Numbered from the stretch's first letter, positions 38,758-51,762 are shown. The stretch: DNA of 64,000 nucleotides from Convolutriloba macropyga (GCF_964194025.1 NC_134469.1:71858001-71922000); one strand, 5' to 3'. Program-made: numbers and translations. Notes: generated from the sequence alone by a model not told the origin.

Positions 38758-39450
38758 TTTGACTTTTAAAGGGTGTTTTCGATAACTGATTTGTTTAAAT
38801 TTTAGGGAATAAATTTTTGGCTTTTGAAAGAGTATTTGACTAAGCGGCCAATAGGATTGAAAGGAGCAATTGAGTTCTTTTAACTTTAGCTCTGACAGTA
38901 TTGAGGTCGGAGTAGTAATATAAAATCATCCAACCTGGTTGTCAATTAAATTCTTTTTGGTTCCGGGATAATTTCCCTGCCTGCTTTGTTATAAGGAAGG
39001 GGGATTGGGGAGGGCTAGTTAATTAAAAAGCTTTTAGTTGCTAATACTTTGCAATTTTTCCCTCCTTTTTGTTTTGAGTGGCAGCTCTAACTTCCCCGAT
39101 TTAATTTAAATTCAATTAGTTTTTTGTTAGCTTTCATCAGACTTTCCTGAGTCCTCCTGGGAAAATCGTCTCTTCGGCGAGGGAAAAATTTGGCTTCAGG
39201 TGCCCTGTTTTGTTATTTTAGGGCTGTAGGGGTCTGGTTGTCTGCCCTGAGTGGAGTCTGATGCGATAGCTGTCTAGGAAAGTTGATGTTATCTTATTTG
39301 ATTTGAGAAGGTTTCTCTGTTTTCATAGACTATGATTAAGAACGGAAGTGTTTGCCTTAAACGGCTTTTAAAGAGTAATTCTTTAACCTTGAAACTTGAA
39401 GTAGTCTTTTTGATATTGATTGTTTAATAGAAAGATTATTTTCAGATCAA

Positions 39451-40944
39451 ATGGAACCTCATTTGTATTTTGCCTTTAGTGATCAGTTGCAGGATGGTAC
39501 ATTGCGCAATCGCTCCGAACTAACAACTACGGACATGAGAGTCCGTTTCCGGAGACGATTGGAAAATTGTACGCTCAACATCGATGATCTTCCTCTCTTC
39601 GATGATCAATTGATCCCGCTTCCAGGCGAGATTGAATGGATTGTTGAGGATCAGCAATTGACGGAAGATGGGACGCACACATCAAAGAAGAAGGTGCAGG
39701 ACATCGTCTCTGTGTTGAGTGCAACTGGTCTAGCAATCCCCAAGTTCTGTGGTGGCTTCGAGCGGTTTGTGCGCAGTTATTGAATGTTATGTAGGTCTTT
39801 TTCACCCAATGAGAGGGAAGATAAGATCTTCTGTTGTTGTGTTATCTTTACTTGATGTAGTGGGGAGAATAACACAATCATGTAGTAAATGTGAGGAGAA
39901 ATTGATTGTAATTGTTTTCATCCAATGAGCGGAGGAAACTGTTGCTAAGAGTTTGTATCCATAGTTGCCACGTGTTTTGTTTGCAGCTACATTCATCAGT
40001 ACATATCGTGCTTCATTCGGGACGATTCAAGCTTTCATCCACGCTGCTATAGCGTTCCAAAAGAGACCAGGATTGCTTTGTGTCAACGTTTTGGACTGCA
40101 GTTCTGGCGCTGTACCGTCCCTGAGGAGCAAGCGGTGGTGACACTGGGCGTTCCCGAATGGAGGAATGTGAGGCTGGATAACGCAGAGGGCAATGGGGAA
40201 TGTGTTATTTCTTCCTTGTTCTTCCACTTAACTGGTTTTGTTTCCGGTAAAGAACATTCGTTAAAATTGTTTTAAGTTATGTTTACTCACTGTGAAAATG
40301 TTCTCTTTGCTAGATTGCTCCCGTTCTGATCGTGACTGTGATGTTATTCGTCAATCCATTGGGAGATAGATGAAGACTGAGATGTTTAAATCTCTCTGTC
40401 GGGATGCTATCGATCAAAACGTCAATGAGTTTATGGTTGGCTATGAGATGCAGTACCGGGGACGTGGTTGCTCTGAGCAGTGGGTAAATGAAATACTGTG
40501 CTAGTTAATTTTTCTTCGATTCATCAATTTCAGTTTTGTCGTTGCTTTTAGTTTCTTGGAATTGCTTATGCCACTGGCGTAGATGTACTGGTATACTGGC
40601 AATACGCACAAGGAGGTGCCTGGGTGAAATATCCCCATAAGCGAAATTCCACGAATGGCGCAGCCTTCGTTTTTCATAACGTGTATCAAGAAATGGGGAA
40701 CCGGTGTGCGCATCATTGCGAGCCCCTTCTGGAGCTGCCAACTGGCAGGTACTAGCTGCTTATTGCATTGAGCAAAGGCTCAGATTTTGTTTTACGTTGG
40801 ATTTTCCTCAAATTTTTTGTGCTTTACAGTGAGGACGAATTGTTTGCTGCTTCCAGCTGTAAATCTGCTGTTGAGCGCCGAAATCTAGCGAAACGAGCCG
40901 CAAAACCAGTGACCTTCAAGGAGAAGAAGCAGAAAAAACGTTAA
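39451..40944 (+). pseudogene. Antisense, intron-containing gene in the LTR element encoding an OTU-like cysteine protease (possible upstream PHD finger, basic C-terminus)
   Basis: Phase-compatible GT-AG introns at 40247-40313, 40484-40533 and 40749-40829. Spliced product ..ALCQRFGLQF..AEGNGECVISSLFFHLTG..DVIRQ..EQW..FLGIAYATGVDVLVY..WVKYP..FVFHN..HHCEPL..KEKKQKKR*. AATAAA at 41039-41044. In-frame stops at 40367 and 40549, and further stops upstream. Confidence 0.75.
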
Positions 40945-42384
40945 ACTGAAGAGTAAGTAAAGTTATGTAATTTGTTGTATTTGTTGTTATTGCTGCTTTG
41001 TGTCTTGTGATATTTGCAATGTCTGCTCTGAAGCAAGCAATAAATTCGAAAAAGCCGAACCATACCTTTGGAGCTAAGGTTTTTGGGAGGGGATGGCGTC
41101 ATTCTAGCGGCACTATCTGCTTCGTATTTAATTAAGGATTAGATCAACGATTTTATTTTTGCAACTTTTGATTTTTTTTGTTTTTGTGTTTTTTAGAGTG
41201 TTTGGACACTTTTATTCTACCTGAGGACTATTAGATGTTATATATTAAGTTGCAGCATTGCTTGTTGTACTATTTGCATTGTTCTAGCGTGGTTAAATTC
41301 TTTTGAAATGTTGGTTTCTTTTATAGTTTCGTAGTTCTCTTGTGGGCTAGGGTGACGTTTTCGTATTTTTTTTAAGTAGGGGTGAGGTTCCACTGCTTTT
41401 TTATAGGTTCTACGGTAATGCCTACTGCTGCTTACTACAGCAGGGCTAATAGAAGTTGGTATATATGGGTTTTTGTTGCTCTATGGCGCTTTAGGTTTGG
41501 AAGATTGTGTTTCCGTGGCGATTTTTACTCAATTTTCCGCCGTTTTAAGTGCATTCTTCAGTTTATTTGCTTGCTTTTCATCGCTAGGTGTGTCCGATTG
41601 GTTGCTAATGACCTTCCGACGGCGGCAGAGTAATTTTCGAGGGCCCTTTACCGTTTTGGCCTTGTAGGTGTTCCGAAAAATGGCTGTTTTTGGGTGTTCA
41701 GCACTTAGGCGGATAAATTAGTGACGGTTGGGCAACTTTGGAAAAAAAAAATTTCGATTTTCTCAAATTTTTTCTTCTAGACCTCAAGATCCGGCTATTT
41801 TGGTACCCATATGGTAAATCTGGGACTGTACTAACGGTATTTTTGACTCCAGTCACTTTTTCCGAAGGCTAGTTGAGGTCGTTATAGGCTTTTTGTTAAT
41901 TTTTTCGATTTTTCATCCCGCAGAGAATGTTCAAGCGTGGAAATTGGCATATGAAAGTTCCCCAGGACTTTTTCGGTTCGTTTGTGCCCTGCAAAGGCGC
42001 CTAGAGTGTCAAGTTTTTATCTTGTGAACATTTTTGCATGATTTTTAGTAGTATATTGGTTCGGTTTTTCGGTATTGTCGCTATTTTTTGGGTTTTTAAC
42101 AATTTTTCGATCTTCGGGGTTGCTTCTACTGCTCTCCAACTGTTAGAGTGGATGTAGTAGAGTTTTTTTGGTTATAAAAATTTAGGAATGGCAAAGTTAA
42201 AGATTTTTTTTTTGATTGTCCAGGAAACTGTTAATTTGTTTTCGTTTTGTTGTAAAGATTCTATCGCTTTTTTTCTGCTTCAAGTGTTTGTGCTTGCCTC
42301 ATTTGCGCTGTTGCTTGTGGCTTAATTAAGTATTTACCGTCTAGGCATGCGCGTTGCGTCATGATGTATAGGATTATTATAGAA

Positions 42385-45300
42385 CTACGTTTGACTGCGG
42401 ATGCGAGACGAAGTCCGACGGGGTGGCAAAGGAGGTGTATCGGGATTTCCAATGATTCCCATGGTTTGAGGTCTGTTGTGAGTAACTAGGCTGGCCGGTG
42501 GTCGCACCAAAAATGGCCTAGTGTAAAAGGGGGCAAACATTGGGGATTGGTGGAGAGTTGGTTGTGTATTAGTGAAAGGTTGGCCAGGACTATTTTGATG
42601 ATTGATTCTTGAACCTTGGTGTTCTGGAACTCTGATTACTTCCGGTTGTGTAAATGGTGGTCTAATTGGTCCCTGGTTTTCACCTATGAACACTTCTGAA
42701 TTCTCTGTTTGTGTTGGTGATACATTCGGTGACGCAGTTATGTTCCCTTGTGTTAATTGGGGAGTTGATGCAGTTGGTGGAGTGAATAAATGACTCTCGT
42801 CCAAGTTGTAGTTAGTGTCGATTGGTGTTTGGGGCCTCGATACTGTCGGGCTACTTAATGTCGTTGAATTAGGTAGGGAGGTTCTTCTGCTTGGGCTGCT
42901 AAAAGAAGTGCTAGGAGTCAATATAGGGGAATTTTCATTAGTCGGTTGTGCTGAAGGCAATTGCTCAGCTTCTCTTCGCCGTGGAAATGGAAGTTGGAAG
43001 GTAACTGTAGGCGTCTGGTCAGCCTGGGGCATTCGCGCAAAAAGAGAAAAAAACAAGACGATCAATTTGCTGGTCCAGGAGTTCGGGTTTTTTAGCATCT
43101 TTCTCAATTGATGGATCACAGCTGAAATTTTTTGGATCAATTATTTCAAGGTCGTTTATTTGATGCTGTGTTTTGATCGAACGTAATCAAATACGGTGCA
43201 AAATTTGTGTATGGTTTGTTCCCACTTTGCGGATAAGATAGTTAGAATCGGTCAGGGCTCCCTCAACTCGATATAATAACTGAAATTTGCATTGTAATCC
43301 CTTTATTTTTTCTGATTGGGTATTTAAAAGTGGGTGTAAAAGTGAGCAATATCTTTTAGGTCGTAGTGGTTGTGCCCATGCTTTCCTATCATAGTATTCA
43401 CGATACTTGTGATACGACGAAATAAGTTTTTGTGCTGTTGTTGAAATACATGTTGCATTTTGTTGTGTAGTTCTATGCTGAAGTCGTATTTTGGTTGTTT
43501 GTTTTGTAAGTTCTGTGTGTTGAATCGAAGCTCTAGGGCACCAAATGGCCCTCTTCCGTGAAAAATGAAAGATGGTGTGCATCCTATTGACGCATGGTAC
43601 CTTGTATTGTGAGCGTAGGCCGCAGGTGTTGCTAACTGTGGCCACTGTCTTGAATTAAGGTATTCGTAGATTCGAAGATACTTTTTTAAAGGTCCGTGGC
43701 TCTTTCTAACAGTCCAATTGTTTGTGCGTGTTTAACAGAAGCATTCTCATTTTTGATTTCCAGCATTTGTGCAAGCTCCTTGATTAGGTTACTTGTAAAG
43801 TCAGAACCTTTGTCACAGAGTATGCTTCGTGGAATGTAGAAATGTTGAAGGAATAAATCTGTTAAGTGTCTAGCTACAGTGCTGGCGTCGGAGTGCTTCA
43901 TTGGGATTGCAAAAAGGTATTTGGAGAACACATCCATTGCCGACAAGATGTATTTGTACCCTTTGCAGTCGGGTAGTTTTGCTACTATGTCAACTTTTAT
44001 CATGTCCTCAGGATAGAACTGTAGCGCCGAAACAGGTTGAAGAGGGGGTCTCTGTGATGTAGGTTTGGCATTTTTGGCTTGGTGACAAGTTGTGCAGTTA
44101 ATGATGTAGTCGCGAATGCTCTCTTGATATCCGGGAAAATAGAAGCCTTTACGTAATTCTAAAAGAGTGTTTGAGATTCCCTTATGGTCCTTTTGTTTTG
44201 AATTATGGAGGCGATATATTAGTTCAGTCCACAAGTGCTTTGGTACACAAAGTTGAGTGAGATGTTGCCAATGTGATTAAAGAATTGTCGATAAAGAACG
44301 TTATTATTAACAGTTAACCTTTTAAATTGCTTACGGTATTTTTGTAAGTTGAAATTGAGGTATTTCGATGTTGGTGTGCGTTTTCTTCGCAACCATGTCA
44401 GTGTCTCTGTGATATCTTTGTCTTTTCGTTGTTCCTCCTGCATATTGAGCATTGAGTACTTCTCCGAAAGATCTGGCGAGTCCAGTGGGTTGCTCAGATA
44501 TAGTGCGTTGAGAGTTCTTTTTTCTTTTGTTGTAAATATAATTGCTTCTGTAAGGATGTTCTCCTCTGTGAGAAGAAGGGCTAGCGTTATTATATAGACT
44601 TCTGGTTTTAATGGTTCTTCTATACACTGTTTTTCCTCATTGTGTTCCGAGTTAACATTTATTATTGAGGAAAGTGTGTTATCTGGTTGTTTGGGTGTGA
44701 TTTCTATTTCGACATCATGGATGGGCAGTCGGTCCTTCAGCTGCAATTTGAATTTAGTGTCGGGATTGACATACACTCGTGAAACATACACGGGAGCATA
44801 GTTTTTTATTTTCTTTCCTGCTTGGTTCTCACAATAGTCTACAATAAGTATTACATATCCTGCAGCATAGTGACTTGCGTCAGCCAGAATGATGTACTGT
44901 AGATCTTTTTGAGCTATCCTGAGAGTACGTTCACAGGCCTTTTTGAGCGAAAAGGTAATTTCTTCTAATGCTTTTTCATGCTCGTGTGTTATGATAATTG
45001 CGTTGTCATTCCGGAGCAATGAATAAAATGGGCGAAGCTGGTTTGTTAAATTCGGTATGTAACTCTTAAAGAATTGTACAAATCGGATCAGTCGGCGGAT
45101 TTGCATAAGGGTTTTCGGCATCTTCAGTTTTTTCAAAAAGCTGTTTACTTTTTCTTTGTTGGGAGTAGAGCCTTGCTGGTTTATTGTGTGGCCCAAGGAG
45201 TCAATGGTTTTTACGCCAAACTGGCATTTGTCCATTGATAATCGTAATCCTGCATTGCGGACGCATTTAAATATCTCTCTCAAGTTTTTTATCAGCTCTT

Positions 45301-46840
45301 CGCCGCTGTTGGCGCCTGCTCCGATGTCGTCAAAGAATGAATAACACTTATCCGTGGCAATACATCTTTCCAAATGGTGTCGAATGCAGGAAATGAAAAT
45401 TGTTGGCAAACGGCTTAGGCCTTGTGCTAGGCGTTTAAATGCCCAGGTTCGTGAGCCAATATTAAATGCAAGAAGTTGTACACTTATTTCATCGGCCATT
45501 CCAATAGAAAAATAGGCTTGACTACAATCAAGTTTTGCAAAAATACTCTTATTTGCTAGGTGCTGTCCAGCATCTCTCATTGTAGCGACGGGGAAATTGT
45601 TGTTACTATAATCGTGTCGTAGGAGAAAGCTGATTTATCTCAATTCAATTAAAATTCTTAACTTGCCGTTTGGTTTTCTCTTGGAAAATATTGGGCTGGA
45701 GTATTTTGAGTAGGGCAGTGTTGTTACAAAATCGAAGTATTGCATTAGGGCTAGCTCTACAAGTCAATCTTCTCGCAAATGAACTGGTTTCTGTGAATTG
45801 GGAGCATAGATTGGCACATTTTTTTCAGGAGTTAGTTTTGCCTTGAAGCTGGCGTTCAGCCCGACGTCAAATCGATGTCTGGCAAAGATGTCGTGGAATT
45901 CTACAAGGAGGTTTTCCATTTTGTGTTTTTCGTTTTCGCTGAAGATACTTTGGCTCCAATTAAATTTCGTTAAAAATTCTAGTAGTTCTTGTTCAGAACG
46001 TTTTGGGTCCAGTTCTTGTTTCAATTTAAAGTCACAGAGCGAATCGTAAAATCGGCGCTCGATTTTGTTTAATCTTGATAGGTCTTTACACGTTTCAGGA
46101 GTTGGAAACCAAAGTTTCTCCGCGTGTTGAGGCTTACTTGCGTCGATTTTGTTTTTATTTCAATTAAGTTCTGTAAATTGTTCTGTAGATCTTCTGACTG
46201 TAAAAGAGCTGGTTCAAGTGGAACTAGGTATTCTGCTTGTTCAAGAGTAAGTATTTAAACGTTGCCACTATTGTTTTTGCAGGTATAGTTATCATATAAG
46301 GTTGTACGTTGATTGCTGCAATTGTTGTTAGTCCATTTTCATCAATACGGCTAAGTGACGATGTAATACACAGCCACGTCTTTCCTTCAAACTCGATGGA
46401 AGGCTCCAAAACTCCAGTTTTGTTTCTCATTTCTGGGTGATCAGTTAAGTCGCATTGTATCAACTCTTGGCAGTCTGGTGGAGTTGTAAGCTTTTTCACT
46501 GTGTACAGAGCAAAAGGTTTTTTTGGTGTTCGGCAATGTTTCTTTTCGCCTGCTTTGTTCGGGATCATTTTTAAGTGTAGACTTAGATCTTGCGTTATGA
46601 GAATTCTGTGTTTTGCATCGATGAGAATGTTATTTTTCTCAAAAAATGGTAGTCCTATTATTGTGTTTGCCAGGTTAGGGGCTATGAGAAACGGTTTGAC
46701 GTATTCAATGTTTGAAAGGGTAAATTTTATGACCATTGTGCTCAATATTTTCACGGGCGATTTATTTGCCACTGAGACAAACTTCTGTTGTTACTGTTTG
46801 ATCGATACGATGTTATCAGGGCTTAGTTTTTTTATTTTTT
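42385..46840 (-). pseudogene. pol: pol copy C: partial protease, RT, RNase H with internal deletion, integrase, Pro/Ser/Thr-rich C-terminal extension
   Basis: RT motifs KLDCSQAY, LAQGL, FFDD. RH motif ADAS then deletion (NYAPV|YVSR). IN HHCC (HNSKQKDH...CTTC) and DDE (VDIV, CDKG, GLLER). Confidence 0.92.
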
Positions 46841-49306
46841 AGCCATTTTAGCCATAAGCTAGGGGAGGGTCTTTGACTGAAAAAACTTTGGTTGGCTTTT
46901 GTTATCTGTTAACAATATAACTGGATGTTTTGTTGCTCCCCAGATGTTTGCCTCAAATGTTTCTAGTGCGTACACTGTTGCCAGAAATTCCTTGCAGTAC
47001 ATTGATAGCTTCAACTGATTTGGGGTGAAGAGTCTTGATCCGAAAGACACGGGAGCATAGTTTTTTATTTTCTTTCCTGCTTGGTTCTCACAATAGTCTA
47101 CAATAAGTATTACATATCCTGCAGTATAGTGACTTGCGTCAGCCAGAATGATGTACTGTAGATCTTTTTGAGCTATCCTGAGAGTACGTTCACAGGCCTT
47201 TTTGAGCGAAAAGGTAATTTCTTCTAATGCTTTTTCATGCTCGTGTGTTATGATAATTGCGTTGTCATTCCGGAGCAATGAATAAAATGGGCGAAGCTGA
47301 TTTGTTAAGTTCGGTATGTAACTCTTAAAGAATTGTACAAATCGGATCAGTCGGCGGATTTGCATAAGGGTTTTCGGCATCTTCAGTTTTTTCAAAAAAC
47401 TGTTTACTTTTTCTTTGTTGGGAGTAGAGCCTTGCTGGTTTATTGTGTGGCCCAAGAAGTCAATGGTTTTTACGCCAAACTGGCATTTGTCCATTGATAA
47501 TCGTAATCCTGCATTGCGGACGCTTTTAAATGTCTCTCTCAAGTTTTTTATCAGCTCTTCTCCGCTGTTGGCGCCTGCTCCGATGTCGTCAAAGAATGAA
47601 TAACACTTATCCGTGGCAATACATCTTTCCAAATGGTGTCGAATGCAGGAAATGAAAATTGTTGGCGAACGGCTTAGGCCTTGTGCTAGGCGTTTAAATG
47701 CCCAGGTTCGTGAGCCAAAATTAAATGCAAGAAGTTGTACACTTAATCCATCGGCCATTCCAATAGAAAAATAGGCTTGACTACAATCAAGTTTTGCAAA
47801 AATACTCTTATTTGCTAGGTGCTGTCCAGCATCTCTCATTGTAGCGACGTGGAAATTGTTGTTACTATAATCGTGTCGTAGGAGAAATTGATTTTTCTCA
47901 AGTCAATTAAAATTCTTAACTTACCGTTTGGTTTTCTCTTGGCAAATACTGGGCTGGAGTATTTTGAATGAAGCAGTGTTGTTACAATATCGAAGTATTG
48001 CATTAGGGCTAGCTCTACAACGAAATTTTCTCGCAAATGAACTGGTGTCTGTGAATTGGGAGCAAAGATTGGCATATAATTTTCAGGAGTTAATTTTGCC
48101 TTGACGCTGGTGTTCAGCCCGACGTCAAATCGATGTCTGGCAAAGATGTCGTGGAATTCTACAAGGAGGTTTTCCATTTTGTGTTTTTCGTTTTCGCTGA
48201 AGATACTTTGGCTCCGATTAAATTTCGTTAAAAATTCTGGTAGTTCTTGTTCAGAACGTTTTCGGTCCAGTTCTTGTTTCAATTTAAAGTCACAGAGCGA
48301 ATCGTAAAATCGGCGCTCGATTTTGTTTAGTCCTGATGGGTCTTTACACGTTTCAGGAATTGGAAACCAAAGTTTCTCCGCGTGTTGAGGCTTACTTGCG
48401 TCGATTTTGTTTTTGATTTCAAATAAGTTCTGTAAATTGTTCTGTAGATCTTCTGACTGTAAAAGAGCTGGTTCAAGTGGAACTAGGTATTCTGCTTGTT
48501 CATGAGTAAGTAATTTAAACGTTGCTACTATTGTTTTTGCAGATATAGTTATCATATAAGGTTGTGCGTTGATTGCTGCAATTAATGTTAGTCCATTTTC
48601 ATCAATAAGGCTCAGTGACGATGTAATACACAGCCCCGTCTTTCCTTCAAACTTGATGGAAGGCTCCAAAACTCCAGTTTTGTTTCTCATTTCTGGGTGA
48701 TCAGCTAAGTCGCATTGTATTAACTGTTGGCAGTCTGGTGGAATCGTAAGTTTCTTCACTGTATACAGAGCAAAAGGTTTTTTTGGTGTTCGGCAATGTT
48801 TTTTTTCACCTGCTTTGTTCTGGATCATATTTAAGTGTAGACTTAGATCTTGCGTTATCAGAATTCTGTGTTTTGCATCGATGAGAATGTTATTTTTCTC
48901 AAAAAATGGTAGTCCTATTAATGTTGTTTGCCAGGTTAGGGGCTATGAGAAACGGTTCGACGTATTCAATGTTTGAAGAGGGAAATTTTATGACCACTGT
49001 GCTCAATATTTTCACGGGCATTTTATTTGCCACTGAGACAAACTTCTGTTGTTCCTGTTTGATCGATACGATGTTATCAGGGCTTAGTTTTTTTTATTTT
49101 TTGTAATGTTTTGAAACTCATTGCGCTATGGAAAGCTCCTGTATCGAGACAGGCATCATGTGTGTATTTTTGTGTTATAAACGGGACATAGAAAAGAAGT
49201 GGTTTTTTGTCGAGACGGCAATCACTTTGTTTTTTCTGTCTTCACAGACGTTTTGTAGAAAAAGAATTTCATTTTTATTTGTATTTTGTTGGTGAATAGG
49301 AAGTAA
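46841..49306 (-). pseudogene. pol: pol copy B: protease, RT, N-terminal and central RNase H
   Basis: LDTGA at ~49134-49148; RT ORF 46859-47839; RH motifs ADAS, CKEFLA, LTDNKS; truncated at 46841. Confidence 0.92.
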
Positions 49307-50548
49307 GGATTGGCATATTATTTTCAGGAGTTAATTTTGCCTTGAAGCTGGTGTTCAGCCCGACGTCAAATTGATGTCTGGCAAAGCTGTCGTGGAGTTC
49401 TACAAGGAGGTTTTCCATTTTGTGTTTTTCGTTTTCGCTGAAGATACTTTGGCTCCAATTAAATTTCGTTAAAAATTCTAGTAGTTCTTGTTCAGAACGT
49501 TTTGGGTCCAGTTCTTGTTTCAATTTAAAGTCACAGAGCGAATCGTAACATCGGCGCTCGATTTTGTTTAATCTTGATGGGTCTTTACACGTTTCAGGAG
49601 TTGGAAACCAAAGATTCTCCGCGTGTTGAGACTTACTTGCGTCGATTTTGTTTTTGATTTCAATTAAGTTCTGTAAATTGTTCTGTAGATCTTCTGACTG
49701 TAAAAGAGCCGTTTCAAGTAGAACTAGGTATTCTGCTTGTTCATGAGTAAGTAATTTAAACGTTGCTACTATTGTTTTTGCAGATATAGTTATCATATAA
49801 GGTTGTGCGTTGATTGCTGCAATTAATGTTAGTCCATTTTCATCAATAAGGCTCAGTGACGATGTAATACACAGCCCCGTCTTTCCTTCAAACTTGATGG
49901 AAGGCTCCAAAACTCCAGTTTTGTTTCTCACTTCTGGGTGATCAGTTAATTCGCATTGTATCAACTCTTGGCAGTCTGGTGGAATAGTAAGTTTCTTCAC
50001 TGTGTACAGAGCAAAAGGTTTTTTTTTGGTGTTCGGCAATGTTTCTTTTCGCCTGCTTTGTTCTGGATCATATATAAGTGTAGACTTAGATCTTGCGTTA
50101 TCAGAATTCTGTGTTTTGCATCGATGAGAATGTTATTTTTCTCAAAAAATGGTAGTCCTATTAATGTTGTTTGCCAGGTTAGGGGCTATGAGAAACGGTT
50201 CGACGTTTTCAATGTTTGAAAGGGTAAATTTTATGACCGCTGTGCTCAATTATTTCACGGGCAATTTTTTTGCCACTGAGACAAACTTCTGTTGTTCCTG
50301 CTTGATCGATACGATGTTATCAGGGCTTAGTTTTTTTATTTTTTGTAATGTTTTGAAACTCATTGCGCTATGGAAAGCTCCTGTATCGAGACAGGCATCA
50401 TGTGTGTAATTTTGTGTTATAAACGGGACATAGAAAAGAAGTGGTTTTTTGTCGAGACGGCAATCACTTTGTTTTTTCTGTCTTCACAGACGTTTTGTGG
50501 AAAAAGAATTTCATTCTTATTTGTATTTTGTTGGTTAATAGGAAGTAA
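49307..50548 (-). pseudogene. pol: pol copy A: protease and linker (1.24-kb duplication)
   Basis: LDTGA at 50376-50390; direct repeat of ~48067-49306. Confidence 0.9.
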
Positions 50549-50559
50549 ATGACGTGGCT

Positions 50560-51762
50560 TCAGTAGTTTTTTTGGTACGTCCGGTTCCTCAACGCTCCAT
50601 GACTACTCATCATTTGAGGCTGCTGATTGCACCCGGGCGGAACAAAATATTCACTAAAATTTTCCACATTGTTTGGAATATACTCAACATTGTTGAAACT
50701 GGCTTGTTTATTCTGTTGGTTTTGGTTACTAATGGTATTGTATGGGAGGAACTGTGGTCTGAGGTGAGGGTTTATATGCCAACATTTGGAGATCGAGTGT
50801 CCAGTCTTGTTGCAACCCTTGCATACTGGTCTATTGCGGTAAAACTGTCCTTGATTTGCAAAACGGGGTTGACCGAATAGTGCTGGTGCAGTTGCATGAT
50901 TCTGATTGCGATTTAAAAAGTTTTGGTTGAGGTTTTGTTGATTCTATTTATTGGGAAAGTTTTGTTTCTGAAAGTTATGGTTTTTGCTGCCTCCTTGCAG
51001 ATCTGATGTGATGCTTTTTGTTGCTTTGTCCATTTCGTCTATTTGTTTTTTCATTTTTTTCCAATTTAAGAAGAATTTCTGATGTATCTCTCTCTGATTC
51101 GCTGAGTGCCGGCGGCGCAACTTGAATGAACGCTGTGACAACTTCTTTTTCTGGAAAGGAGATTTTCGAGCATCAGTCGTTGTGTATACTTTTCACAGAG
51201 ATCTTGAATCTGTTGTTGTCTCTGGTTCTTGAAGTAATTTACGTTGGTGTTTCTGCGGTAGGACTTTTATGAAGGCATCTCTTACTCGTCTTGTTCGTTC
51301 GACATTTCGATTTTCTTGCTGTACATGTTGTTCGTGGTTAGCTTCGATGTCAGGGTAAGCATATAGAGCTAAGCGTTGTAATTCAGTTAAAAAATCGGCT
51401 GGTTGTTCAGTGCCCTGCTGAAATTTACGGGCATGGAATTGAATCTTGTACAATTGAGTATGATTTGCCGGACTATATCTCTGGTAGAGCCTTTCAAGTG
51501 CCCTTTCAAAGTTTTCTTGTATCTCTTCCGGCAGCTATTGATAAAAAGCTAATGCTCCTCCCGATAAGTTCAAATGCAGGTAGTGATGCTGCATTTCTGC
51601 AGGGATGTTACCTATTTCTAGAGATGAAGCTAATTGTCTTGAAAATTTAACAATTTCCTCATTGGGGGCTTCAGAAAACTTGGGTAGTGTTATGTTAGTT
51701 GGTATTCTAAGGGCATTATTTTGAACAATAACTGGAGGGACTGCCTGATTAGCATCTGCCAT
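50560..51762 (-). pseudogene. gag: gag (disrupted)
   Basis: Starts MADANQAVPP downstream of the PBS. Capsid-like LPKFS...LSGGALAFY and RKFQQGTEQPADFLTELQRLA. CCHC knuckle CKGCNKTGHSISKC (50782-50823). Confidence 0.88.
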
